Of a stretch of 14,971 nt of DNA, positions 1-10,348 are shown piece after piece. The DNA lies in contig JAQGDQ010000423.1 of the NCBI GenBank assembly GCA_030141605.1, positions 1 through 14,971 on the forward strand. Reading direction: 5' to 3'. How positions within the stretch are numbered: position 1 is the first letter of the stretch; each line of letters starts with the position of its first letter. The notes beneath the pieces were generated by a model, which did no database searches, was not told the DNA's origin, and was given only the letters and a program-made list of their open reading frames with translations. This stretch comes from Tubiluchus corallicola. Taxonomy: Eukaryota > Animalia > Priapulida. A program made the position numbers and the translations under genes.

Positions 1-55
1 TTGCTTAATAACAGTCTTTACAGTCTAACCACGTAATACAACCAGCAATCACTTT

Positions 56-1072
56 TGTAGTGTTGGAACCTTCATTGTCTAGTGTTGGAACCTTCACTGT
101 GTAGTGTTGGAACCTTCATTGTGTAGTGTTGGAACCTTCATTGTGTAGTGTTAGAACCTTCCTTGTGTAGTGTTGGAACCTTCATTGTGTAGTGTTGGAA
201 CCTTCATTGTGTAGTGTTGGAACCTTCACTGTGTAGTGTTGGAACCTTCATTGTGTAGTGTTGGAACCTTCCTTGTGTAGTGTTGGAACCTTCATTGTGC
301 GGTGTTGGAACCTTCATTCTGTGGTGTTGGAACCTTCATTGTGTAGTGTTGGAACCTTCATTGTGTAGTGTTGGAACCTTCATTGTGTAGTGTTGGAACC
401 TTCATTGTGCAGTGTTGGGACCTTCATTCTGTAGTGTTGGAACCTTCATTGTGCAGTGTTGGAACCTTCATTGTGTAGTGTTGGAACCTTCATTCTGTAG
501 TGTTGGAACCTTCATCGTGTAGTGTTGGAACCTTCATTGTGCAGTGTTGGAACCGTCATTGTGTAGTGTTGGAACCTTCATTGTGCAGTGTTGGGGCCTT
601 CATTGAGTAGTGTTGGAACCTTCATTGTGCAGTGTTGGAGCCTTCATTGTGCTGTGTTGGAACCTTCATTGTGCAGTGCTGGAACCTTCATTGTGCAGTG
701 TTGGAACCTTCATTATGCAATGCTGGAACCTTCATTGTGCAGTGTTGGAACCTTCATTGTGCAGTGGTGGAACCTTCATTGTGCAGTGTTGGAACCTTCA
801 CTGTGCAGTGTTGGAACCTTCATTGTGCAGTGTTGGAACCTTCATTGTGCAGTGTTGGAACCTTCACTGTGCAGTGTTGGAACCTTCATTGTGCAGTGTT
901 GGAACCTTCATTGTGCAGTGTTGGAGCCTTCATTGTGCAGTGTTGGAACTTTCACTGTGTAGTGTTGCAACCTTCATTGTGTAGTGTTGGAACCTTCATT
1001 GTGCAGTGTTGGAGCCTTCATTGTGCAGTGTTGGAACTTTCATTGTGTAGTGTTGGAACCTTCATTGTGTAG
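56..1072. repeat. 22-bp minisatellite (TGYAGTGTTGGAACCTTCATTG), about 46 copies, intronic
   Basis: Direct inspection: period 22 (units at 61, 83, 105...), head-to-tail with no spacers. Confidence 0.98.
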
Positions 1073-1104
1073 GAGTTTTAATCTAGTTTCTCTAAAATAA
1101 GAGC

Positions 1105-1546
1105 CAGGGTTCCCACAGAATTTTAAGATAAATTTCCCCAACTTTTTCATGACTTTTCCCTGACCAAATATCGATTTTCCATGACGAAGGTAAGCAGAAA
1201 TTGCATTATCAGTATACATATTTAAACATTTTTGTGTATGGACATTCATCACATATACTGATATATAATGTGCACCCTAATCACTATTTTTCAACAGAAG
1301 TGAAAACTGGGAGCCTGCCATAGCAAAATTTTATTTCAACACGAATCACTGAAAATATTTTTGGAAAAATATCGGTTCACAGTGATTATTTTTGTAATCC
1401 TTTCCAACTTCCCCCTGACTTTTTACCCCATTTTCATTATGACTTTTTCCCTGACTTTTTACCAAATAATCTTTTTCCCTGATTTTTCCATGACTTTCCA
1501 GGATAGTCAATATTTTCCAGGATTATCCCTGACAGTGGTAACCCTT
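1105..1546. mobile_element. Probable non-autonomous DNA transposon (MITE, hAT-like)
   Basis: Imperfect TIRs CAGGGTTCCCAC (1105) and GTGGTAACCCTT (1535-1546), 10/12 match. Subterminal TTTTCC(A/C)TGAC repeats cluster near both ends. No clean TSD found. Confidence 0.65.
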
Positions 1547-1605
1547 ACTCAAGACCATTTTCAAGAGCAGCACAAAATGACAAAATACATGCAATAGTTA
1601 CTAAC

Positions 1606-1678
1606 AGGCACCGGTGACGTTCCATTTGTATAGAAGAAGCGTTCGTTATCGGGGCAATCTTCAATCATTGCTGGCCAC
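1606..1678 (-). CDS. ZCWPW1: ZCWPW1-like coding exon 8, PWWP motif (WPAMIEDCPDNERFFYTNGTSPVP); the gene probably continues beyond position 1
   Basis: ttttacag|G acceptor completes the codon TG|G, giving FPWWPAMIEDCPD (human, as recalled: YPWWPGMIESDPD). Donor CCT|gttagt; 73 nt, phase 2 to 0. Confidence 0.92.
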
Positions 1679-2086
1679 CTGTAAAAACAAATGGTAAAAC
1701 AGACTGTTGAGATAAACGAATGATGTGAAAGAACACATGATGACTAATTAGACAGAATGCTCAGGTAGATGCAAAATGCACGAGCAATGCTTATCATTTT
1801 TCCTATACCTTCATATACTGACTCGATATTCATTATTATACAACTTAGCAAGGTACTAAGTCTTGCTTTGATTCATCTCAGCCATTTCTATGCAGCTATT
1901 TGATAATTATTGCAAGTCACAACATGTGAGTAGCTTCATTGCAAATCTACCATGGAAGGTAACACATGCAAGAACCTAGCTAGCAGTAGTATTTATAGAG
2001 AAAATGTTTACTAAAGAGCTATAAATTTAACAGAAAACGTCTCAGTTGATAATAACAGTGCAGTGAGATTAATTGTTAACAGTTAC

Positions 2087-2207
2087 CATGGAAACCCATC
2101 CAGTCGAGCCCAAACAATAGATCCTTCAACAAATTTAGTATGAACAAAACACCTCTCATCCTTATCATGCTCCTGTTCAGGTTTCTCACAAGTATTGTAG
2201 TTTTTGT
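2087..2207 (-). CDS. ZCWPW1: ZCWPW1-like coding exon 7, end of zf-CW and start of PWWP (DKNYNTCEKPEQEHDKDERCFVHTKFVEGSIVWARLDGFPW)
   Basis: Not in the ORF track. ttttacag| acceptor and TG|gtaact donor; 121 nt, phase 1 to 2. Supplies the fourth Zn-ligand Cys (YNTCEKPE) and the PWWP strand GSIVWARLDGFPW. Confidence 0.93.
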
Positions 2208-2270
2208 CTGTAAAAGTAGTGAATTATTATTACAGGCTTGAGATTTTCTTGTGCGACAGCTTTACTACTA

Positions 2271-3022
2271 ACACTACTAACTCTGTTACCTATACTGTAG
2301 GCCTTTATCAGTTTTTTGTGTTAATGACTAGTTTTTCAAAAAAGACTACAAAATTGACACTACTAACTCTGTTACCTATACTGTAGGCCTTTATCAGTTT
2401 TTTGTGTTAATGACTAGTTTTTCAAAAAAAAACTACAAAATTGACACTACTAACTCTGTTACCTATACTGTAGGCCTTTATCAGTTTTTTGTGTTAATGA
2501 CTAGTTTTTCAAAAAAAACTACAAAATTGACACTACTAACTCTGTTACCTATACTGTAGGCCTTTACCAGTTTTTTGTGTTAATGACTAGTTTTTAAGAA
2601 AAAACTACAAAATTGACACTACTAAGTCTGTTACCTATACTGTAGGCCTTTATCAGTTTTTTGTGTTAATGACTAGTTTTTCAAAAAAAACTACAAAATT
2701 GACACTACTAACTCTGTTACCTATACTGTAGGCCTTTACCAGTTTTTTGTGTTAATGACTAGTTTTTAAGAAAAAACTACAAAATTGACACTACTAAGTC
2801 TGTTACCTATACTGTAGGCCTTTATCAGTTTTTTGTGTTAATGACTAGTTTTTCAAAAAAAACTACAAAATTGACACTACTAACTCTGTTACCTATACTG
2901 TAGGCCTTTATCAGTTCTTTATGTTAATGACTAGTTTTTCAGAAAAACTACAAAATTAACACTACTAACTCTTTTACCTATACTGTAGGCCTTTACCAGT
3001 TTTTTGTGTTAATGACTAGTTA
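2271..3022. repeat. About 86-bp tandem repeat, about 8.7 copies, in the intron that splits the zf-CW domain
   Basis: Unit starts ACACTACTAA at 2271, 2357, 2444, 2530, 2616, 2702, 2788, 2874 and 2959. Confidence 0.97.
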
Positions 3023-3239
3023 TTTGGAATCGGATAAAAATATTTTTGCACTACACATTTTCTTCTGTTTTTAACAATTTTTCCTCATTAATTTACATAC
3101 ACAAGTGCTGTAGAAAATAAATGTAGAAGATTAAGAGTTATTGCAAGGTAAGTAACCACAAATTACATGCATATGTAAGTTAACAGGTGCAAACAACAAC
3201 AACAACAACTTTCTTGAAAAATGAACACTGCAGAACATC

Positions 3240-3749
3240 CTACATATGATGGTATTACATATGGCAAGAAAAGTTTCTCCTATTATGGAGCCTCATTGTG
3301 GAATGAATTACCAAACTGTCTCCGAATGGCCGAAAATCTTGGGGAATTTAAACGTCTAATTAACTCATGGACTGGTGTATCATGTAAATGTGCCATTTGT
3401 AAATTCAGCGAACTTCCCAATTTTGTTAAGTCGTAATTAAATGCTGAATGTGTTGGCAGGAATAATTTTTATTGACCTAGATAGCTTTTTGTGTAAATTT
3501 TAGAAAATGTTACTGCTTAAAATTTTACTGTCTCAAATTTTTACTGTCTTCATGCAGTTTTAATTTTTCTTGTACCTATACCTCTGGTGGCATACAAAAG
3601 ATTTTAAGATGTACATATTATTACCATGTTATCGCTCATATACATTATGTTTGATATCGGTTTACGAGCTTTAAGCTCATGTTTTACAAATATGTACTGT
3701 TTTATATCATACCGATGAAAATAAATATTATCTTATCTTATCATATCTT
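3240..3749 (+). mobile_element. 5'-truncated LINE 3' end (CR1/L2-group-like)
   Basis: Peptide TYGKKSFSYYGASLWNELP...LGEFKRLINSW is the typical C-terminus of CR1/L2-group ORF2. A T-rich 3'UTR ends in AATAAA (3720) and an (ATCTT)n tail. Confidence 0.8.
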
Positions 3750-3882
3750 CTTCACATGCAGAGTAATTTCACTGTGCGAATATGCAATGTTGTAACTTTA
3801 CTGCGTGAACAAGGTAATGCATACACACTTAACTGTCGAACAATTATTTAACATTGCAGCACAATGGGTTACCAGGGCTGAC

Positions 3883-4430
3883 ATTAATGACAATAGAGAT
3901 GATTTAGATATATTACGACAATGTTCAATTTACTATGGTAGAGCAAATAAATTACTCATGAAATTTACTCACTGTTCAGTTAACGTGAAGAGACAATTGT
4001 TTAATGCTTACTGCACTACTTTTTATTGTATGTCCACTTGGAGACATTTTTATTCTTACAATCTCAGCAAACTCAAGGTTGCATATAATGTATCAACACG
4101 GAAGCTGTTTAACTTTTCATATGATACGAGCGCTAGATATATTTCTACTAGACTTAATATTATTTATTTTGATGTGATTCACAGAAAATGTGCATACAAT
4201 TTATACGTCAGGCTGAATAAGAGTGAAAATTTTATATGCAAGAACATTTTAAACAGTGATGCAAAGTGAATTACTTCTGTAATTAGACGTCATTGGCGTA
4301 GTCTGTTATATCGCTAATTATTATTTGTGTTATTGTTGTGTGTCATGATTTATTGTACTATTTGTATTAATTTGTGATGTGTTTATGAACTTTGTGAAGT
4401 TTGAAATAAAATATTAAATCTAAATCTAAT
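3883..4430 (+). mobile_element. 5'-truncated LINE 3' end (RTE-X/Proto2-like ORF2 C-terminus, pseudogenised)
   Basis: DDLDILRQC..YGRANKLLMKFTHCSVNVKRQLFNAYCTTFY..W...KLKVAYN is a post-RT LINE motif. The frame resumes after TGA 4267-4269 (ITSVIRRHWRSLLYR*, to 4317). AATAAA at 4405, then a (TAAATC)n tail. Clade assignment is tentative. Confidence 0.8.
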
Positions 4431-4514
4431 GCTTGCAATATACAGACACAACAAAATCTTAGACATTGCAACTACATAGCAGAACAACAAACTTTTTACT
4501 GTTGCAATACCGAC

Positions 4515-4736
4515 CTGTATTCACGTCACACGTCCAAAATTCTGCAACCTTTGTTGGGTCAGTTACTTCTGCAAGGTACCTCCATTTAGAGCAATCGTCA
4601 CATTGCACCCAAGTACCAATTTCTTCAATAATGCGGTCTCTGAATTGAGCTCTCCGTTCAACATTTCCACGCTTTAACTGTTGTGATCGTTTTCTGGGCA
4701 AATGAGAGTGATGCTTCTTGATAGGCTTCGAACTTC
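4515..4736 (-). CDS. ZCWPW1: ZCWPW1-like coding exon 6, most of the CW-type zinc finger (...IIEEIGTWVQCDDCSKWRYLAEVTDPTKVAEFWTCDVNT)
   Basis: Clear zf-CW signature WVQC-x2-C-x-KWR...W-x-C-x2-N. aag| acceptor and ACAG|gtcggt donor; 222 nt, phase 1 to 1. Confidence 0.92.
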
Positions 4737-5539
4737 CTTAATTAACAAATTAAAATTCTCTCAGTTTGGTCACGTTTTTTTATTAAACCATACATGGAAA
4801 CTAACAGGAAACACCAAACTGCATAGATTTAGGCAAAATAAATTATTTTATTGAAAATGGTAAAGAAGTTTCATACCAACAGATTCATCAGCTAAAGGTG
4901 GTAATGTTACACCTGGCTTATAAAAGGGAAACCCAAATTAGGCGGAGGCTAACAGTTAAGCAGTAATGCCTACGTCACAAGTAGGATGTAACCAAAGTGA
5001 CAGAGGGGAGTGTGGGCACAATTGAAGCCATAGTGCTCATACAAAAGTAATTTTTTTTATGTGTATCTGTCAGTCTTAGTACTTTACAATCTGCTCTTTT
5101 ATAGTTGCATACATTGTGCTGTGAAAGTCATTTTTGAAGTTGTTGTTCAGTCACTTTGTTATGGTTGAGTTTAGGCACAGAGAAGTATGAATAGGAACCA
5201 AAAATCTATAATAAATATTTGCACTGCACACAACAGAAAAGTGTTTATTAAACTACAGAAAACATGAGTAGCAAAACTGCTGCACTGAATATTGAGCAAA
5301 ACTATAAAGCAAAAACAGTCAGTAAAACCTGTTTCACAGCCAGTATACAGGTATAGAACTTGACCTATGCAGAGTTGTGCAGGCTTCACAACAACCATTA
5401 ATTTTAGATAGGGAGAGGACCATGTAGTCACTGGACCATACAATTATACTGAAGGTAAGTCAGCTGGTAGAATGTAACAAGATTAGCACATAGATGGCAG
5501 CACTTAACTACAATGTACAATTCCAACTTCCTCATGTAC

Positions 5540-5638
5540 CTTTTCTCTGAGAGTCCTGCTGCTTGGTAAATTTCATAGATCTGTTCTTCTTTTTTACGGC
5601 TGACGTCTGTTCAACAGCTCCATGTCTTTGCTTATCAG
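5540..5638 (-). CDS. ZCWPW1: ZCWPW1-like coding exon 5, basic, possible NLS (ADKQRHGAVEQTSAVKKKNRSMKFTKQQDSQRK)
   Basis: ccttgcag| acceptor and AAG|gtacat donor; 99 nt open, phase 1 to 1. Confidence 0.7.
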
Positions 5639-5761
5639 CTGCAAGGTTACAAAGTTACTTTAATTTTTCATTAAGTACAATCAAAACAAAAATCTTGACT
5701 GTACAATGTGCACACTCATATGCCTGTCAACAGATGCTGTGTGATGAACAAGTTCTGAAGG

Positions 5762-6161
<400 letters not shown>

Positions 6162-6566
6162 TGCTCTCTCAGTTTAAGTCACATGCTTACTCAATGATCT
6201 CTGAAAGCCAACTGCCCAGGTAAGTTTTTTCCATGAAGCAAGGAAGCCAGCAATTCAATGAAGGTAAATGTTATGCATACTAGTTCAAGGATGAAAGTTT
6301 AGACTGTATATAAAGAAATAGACTTATTTTATAGCTGAAATTTCTTGTGTGGGATTTTTAATGTTTTAACAAGAGAATGTAATAATATGACTAATGATCA
6401 TAATTAAGAACTAATAAAAAATAAGATAAAGAAATCGTGAGCTTCACGACAGTGTGGTCAAGTTGGTTTTGAAAACTAAGGCACGTTCACACTGCACACA
6501 TTCTGCAAATCAATATTCACTAAAAACAAATAATTCCTTACAAAAAAGTTTCGGTTTAAAACTAAC

Positions 6567-6733
6567 CAAAAAGAGACTTTGGCGAAAACTTGAATTTCTT
6601 CGGTTTCACCAAAACGTCTTCTCTTCTGATCGGCCTGTGAGGTTTCGCATTCGGGTCGGCAGCTTCTTCATCCTCAGATTCCACAGGTGTTTCAGCAGGT
6701 GTCGTTTCATTGCATTCTTGCAACACTGACGGA
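6567..6733 (-). CDS. ZCWPW1: ZCWPW1-like coding exon 4 (PSVLQECNETTPAETPVESEDEEAADPNAKPHRPIRREDVLVKPKKFKFSPKSLF)
   Basis: ttctgtag| acceptor and G|gttagt donor; 167 nt open, phase 2 to 1, consistent with both neighbours. Confidence 0.75.
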
Positions 6734-6739
6734 CTACAG

Positions 6740-6791
<52 letters not shown>

Positions 6792-6940
6792 CATTTATTT
6801 ATCACCTTTTACACTAAATACAGGACATATAGCAATAATTTAAATTAGTATGAGGGTATTAGGACTGATATGACAATATATTTTACAAACTGTATAAAAA
6901 ACGATTAAGCAGCTTATGACCAATAATAGACCTCCACAAA
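6740..6940 (-). mobile_element. Probable non-LTR retroelement 3' end with (TTAC)~13 tail; 5' boundary uncertain
   Basis: Minus strand reads AAAAGGTGATAAATAAATGA(CTTA)n, close to the plus-strand AAAAAGGTGATTAAATAAAGA(TTAC)4 at 10312-10348. Confidence 0.55.
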
Positions 6941-7271
6941 ATGTGCCAAAAAGCCTACACTATTATACAAGTTAACTTATAAAAAAGCAAGAAACAGCAA
7001 AACACAGAAAAAGCAGTTCAGTGTTCCGTGGAGGCAATGGATACACCTAAATCTTTTAAACAAGTACTTGCCTCTGGCTTTTAATATACAGTCATTGCAG
7101 CACCACTGTAATATAGTCAATTATTTCTTAATTTCTAATTGGGCCTATTGCTTAATGAAGATTACTGCTATTGTTAAACAATAACACAGTGATGCAGCTG
7201 GCATAGTTTATACACTAATAAAATCTTAGTGCAAGATGTATGCAGGCTCGAGCAGCTGTTTCCCAAAAAAT

Positions 7272-7538
7272 GGTGATCTAACAGTTTGCATGATCACTGA
7301 TGGCTAACATACAAAGCACACACAGGTGATTTAACAGTTTGCATGATCACTGATGGCTAACATACAAAGCACACAGAGGTGATTTAACAGTTTGCATGAT
7401 CACTGATGGCTAACATACAAAGCACACACAGGTGATTTAACAGTTTGCATGATCACTGATGGCTAACATACAAAGCACACAAAGGTGATTTAACAGTTTG
7501 CATGATCACTGATGGCTAACATACAAAGCACACAAAGG
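7272..7538. repeat. 53-bp tandem repeat, 5 copies
   Basis: GGTGATTTAACAGTTTGCATGATCACTGATGGCTAACATACAAAGCACACA at 7272, 7325, 7378, 7431 and 7484. Confidence 0.97.
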
Positions 7539-7890
7539 ATAGGCTTATGCAAAGCTTGTGGGACGACTAACAAAACAAGAGTAAGAAAACAGGTGCACGA
7601 CAGGAAAAAACAAGGGCCCCGGATTCACAAAGCCGTAACTAAGTTAATGACGCCACTAGAAATAGTTTAGTGAATGTAATAATGACGTCGTTACAAACAA
7701 TTTAATGAATGCAATAACTATGTCGCTAACTTGCCGATGGCTTTGTGAAACAGGCTCAACGAGTATTACTGACGAAAATAACGCTGAATGGGTGAAATAA
7801 TAACCCATGTATACAACGCCACACCACCCACAACACGTCAAACGTTAGTGCACATTCAGTTTGTTTAGTTTATGCAGAAGTGCTACTTAC

Positions 7891-8008
7891 TCTAGGTTGT
7901 TTTGTTCCATAACACAGTCATCACCATCATCAATCTGCTCAGCATCTTCCCCAACTTCTTCATCTACCTTCGGTTCACCAGCCACATTTTTCGCGTGTAG
8001 TACTTCAC
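7891..8008 (-). CDS. ZCWPW1: ZCWPW1-like coding exon 3, acidic linker (GEVLHAKNVAGEPKVDEEVGEDAEQIDDGDDCVMEQNNLD)
   Basis: aag|GT acceptor and GA|gtaagt consensus donor; 118 nt open, phase 1 to 2; purine-rich exonic composition. Confidence 0.75.
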
Positions 8009-8233
8009 CTTTTTTCAACAAAATTTATGCAAAAACATTGAAGTTAAAATAAAGTAAAGTTTACCAAAATAGAGATTATAGTTATTATACATATCCAGAT
8101 CTGCATTATTTTACAAACAATTTCGTTGTTCTTCTATATACATCACTCATCAAAGCAATGATAATCATTTCAAATGGCTAAACAAAATACAGTATGATGC
8201 AAACCAGAATGATATAAACGTGCATCTAAAATA

Positions 8234-8376
8234 TGCTTAACAGACAATTACGAAAAAATGTGGACAGAAATTTCAATGTGCTTAAAACAAAATTATGAAA
8301 AAATGTGGACATAAACTTTATTATGCTTAACAGAAAATTATGAAAAAATGTGAACATAAACTTTATTATGCTTAAA
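8234..8376. repeat. 45-bp imperfect tandem repeat, about 3.2 copies
   Basis: TGCTTAA...AATTAYGAAAAAATGTG at 8234, 8279 and 8324; partial copy at 8369. Confidence 0.9.
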
Positions 8377-8576
8377 AGTATATTTACTCACAGCAGCACA
8401 AGTTAAAAGCTGTTATGGTTAATGTATATTCAGCGACAACAGACAGAGGGAAGGATAAAATAAGAACTCTTACTGCAAGGCTTCCTCAATTTTATATAGC
8501 AAAGTTTATCAGTTATAAAAAATTAAGAAGACTCTGTCACTAGAGTCCAGACAAATTTTACTTAAAACAGGCAAAC

Positions 8577-8919
8577 CTTCTCTATGAGTTGGTTCATGTT
8601 CTGATACAGAATCATTTGATGTTGCTGCAGCTGTTGCACCCTCTTCTTCAGGTGAGAGGGAACGAAACGCTGCCTTAAATATTTCTTCATTTGATGTTGC
8701 TGCAGCTGTTGCACCCGCTTCTTCAGGTGAGAGAGAACGAAACGCTGCCTTAAATATTTCTTCATTTGATGTTGCTGCAGCTGTTGCACCCGCTTCTTCA
8801 GGTGAGAGGGAACGAAGCGCTGCCTTAAATATTTCTTCATACTCTTTGTCATTCAGTGAACGGCACGGCTTTGTTGGCTTATCACCTTTTGCACTTCCTT
8901 TTTGTATAGAAGAGCAAGC
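8577..8919 (-). CDS. ZCWPW1: ZCWPW1-like coding exon 2 (ACSSIQKGSAKGDKPTKPCRSLNDKEYEEIFKAALRSLSPEE... plus 3x25-aa repeat ...EHEPTHRE)
   Basis: tag|GCT acceptor and G|gtttgc donor; 343 nt open, phase 0 to 1. SLNDKEYEEIFKAAL resembles the N-terminal motif of human ZCWPW1 as I recall it (SLTNAEFEEIVQIVL). Confidence 0.75.
8612..8840 (-). repeat. 75-bp coding tandem repeat x3 within ZCWPW1-like exon 2
   Basis: EEIFKAA(L/F)RSLSPEE(A/E)GATAAATSN x3; only three variable nucleotide positions among the copies. Confidence 0.95.
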
Positions 8920-9395
8920 CTATAATATATATATATATATAGAGGACTATATATATTACATGCGCAAGTTTATATATATATATATATCCACAGTATCTAC
9001 GAAAATGGTTTCTAAGGGTGAATATGTGACGGTAGTTAAAAGCTTTTTTTTGTTTAGCTGTTGTATCACAAAATGTCGGAGAAAAAGGGATGTGACATAA
9101 TGAAGTCAGATGGCTGCATTGCATTATTATGCAGACCAATAAAGTGCTAGTTTGTTCTAAAGGCAGACTATGGTTATAGCCGTTTAGTGTTTTGTCCAAT
9201 ATTTAATCAACACATTATAATACTTACTTGCCAAAATACACAACATCATTTTAATAACTATTGAGTCGAATCGTGATTCACGTTATTCTGGAAATCAATT
9301 ATAATGATTGTAGGCCTATTACTATTATAACATTCTTAATGAGGCATTTTAGGCAATATTTATTAAAAATGGAATACAAAGTTAAAAAACATTAC

Positions 9396-9443
9396 CTCAG
9401 CCTCTTTACAACGTTCTTCACCAAGTATAGTTTCCTTACTCAT
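9396..9443 (-). CDS. ZCWPW1: ZCWPW1-like gene, coding exon 1 (MSKETILGEERCKEAE)
   Basis: ATG at 9443 in AAAT-ATG context, with an in-frame TAG four codons upstream. 16 codons end at a GAG|gtaatg donor, phase 0, matching the next exon. No homology support for this peptide. Confidence 0.6.
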
Positions 9444-9479
9444 ATTTATGATCTAGCTTATTATATTAAATTCATCTGT

Positions 9480-9830
9480 TAAAATTTTATCAAAAGCGTC
9501 TGATTTCACCCTCGGATTAGTCGGCTGCGTACTTTAGCCGGATGTGACGTTCCGAGATTTAATTCAAGCGGAATTTGTTCTCACAAACTTTTGAATAGAA
9601 CAATCATGAAAACAAAACACATAATATTAACAGTGCGAATAAAATTATGCATGAAATAATTTTTGCACCATAGCAATGCACACTACTCTTAAAAGTACAT
9701 AGTGCGTTGTTTGTGCAGCGAACACTGTGTCGGATGTTTTTTATTTCGACCGCAAGATGACAGGCAAAAGTTACGGATTTTGCTGGCGTATACTGTATGC
9801 AACAGCAGTGTATGATCACTGGGGTAAACA
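9480..9830. promoter_or_regulatory. Probable bidirectional promoter / first-exon region of the ZCWPW1-like and NUDT14-like genes
   Basis: Lies between the divergent ATGs (9443 and 10529) and is locally richer in CpG. Contains CCGGATGTGACGT at 9538-9550 (ETS-like site plus CRE half-site). Candidate donors: minus-strand gtacgc at 9532 and plus-strand gtaaac at 9824. Confidence 0.5.
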
Positions 9831-10179
9831 AAAATATAAACTTGTATTATAATTACCATTAAATTTTTCTGATAGTAATTAACACCAACTTTTTTAATTC
9901 ACATAATTTTGAAATTTTTTAGTAATTTTCATACGTTTATTATGTGTATATTTCTTTGTTGGTTTTGACGTGCAATTTTAGTTTTTATGTTGCATTCGAT
10001 TCTGGCTTTTGTTCTACATTAATTCTGTAAAGAGTTGTTTTTTAAAACACTGATTATTTACGAATTATGATAATTAAAGATAGACACCAAAATTCAAATT
10101 CAATACAAACACCTTATTCTGAAACCTTCGTCAAGTTAATTGCGCATATAATTAATTACTAATATAATAGAGACATTAC

Positions 10180-10348
10180 AGGGTGGTTGACTGGTAACTT
10201 TTAGTTTTTCGCCGCCCTTTCACCAATCACTTGAATATCATTAACTCACATAATTTATTCATTTAATAATCTTGTCACTCTGTATCATATTATCGTTTCA
10301 TGCTCTGTGTTAAAAAGGTGATTAAATAAAGATTACTTACTTACTTAC
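10180..10348 (+). mobile_element. Probable non-LTR retroelement 3' end with stem-loop, AATAAA and (TTAC)4 tail
   Basis: AGGGTGGTTGA (10180) can pair with TCGCCGCCCT (10209). AATAAA at 10325; tail 10333-10348. The terminus is shared with the element at 6740. Confidence 0.5.

Noticed and set aside
56-1072. CRISPR-like array, or Cys/Trp-rich proteins (ORFs 588-1072)
   Set aside because: Repeats are head-to-tail with no unique spacers and the context is eukaryotic. ORFs in all three frames are an artefact of a stop-free 22-bp unit.
2082-2095. Perfect RFX X-box palindrome GTTACCATGGAAAC
   Set aside because: Fully explained by the Phe-Pro-Trp codons plus the gtaac splice donor, and it is far from the promoter.
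4459-4701. Stand-alone 80-aa zf-CW microprotein
   Set aside because: It starts at TTG and runs past a donor at 4514. The true domain end (YNTCEKPE) is in the exon at 2087-2207.
6742-6791. Tandem perfect GTAAGT splice donors on the plus strand
   Set aside because: They are antisense to the host gene and no plus-strand exon is supported. This is simply the reverse complement of the (TTAC)n tail.
8562-8852. ORF MKKYLRQRFVPSHLKKRVQQLQQHQ x3 as a separate protein
   Set aside because: It is an alternative frame of the 75-bp repeat. Splice phases and motif similarity support the EEIFKAA frame.
8846-9831. ORFs 8846-9100, 8882-9199, 9261-9482 and 9604-9831
   Set aside because: No recognisable motifs; AT-rich intron/UTR or antisense-to-exon sequence, some with non-ATG starts.
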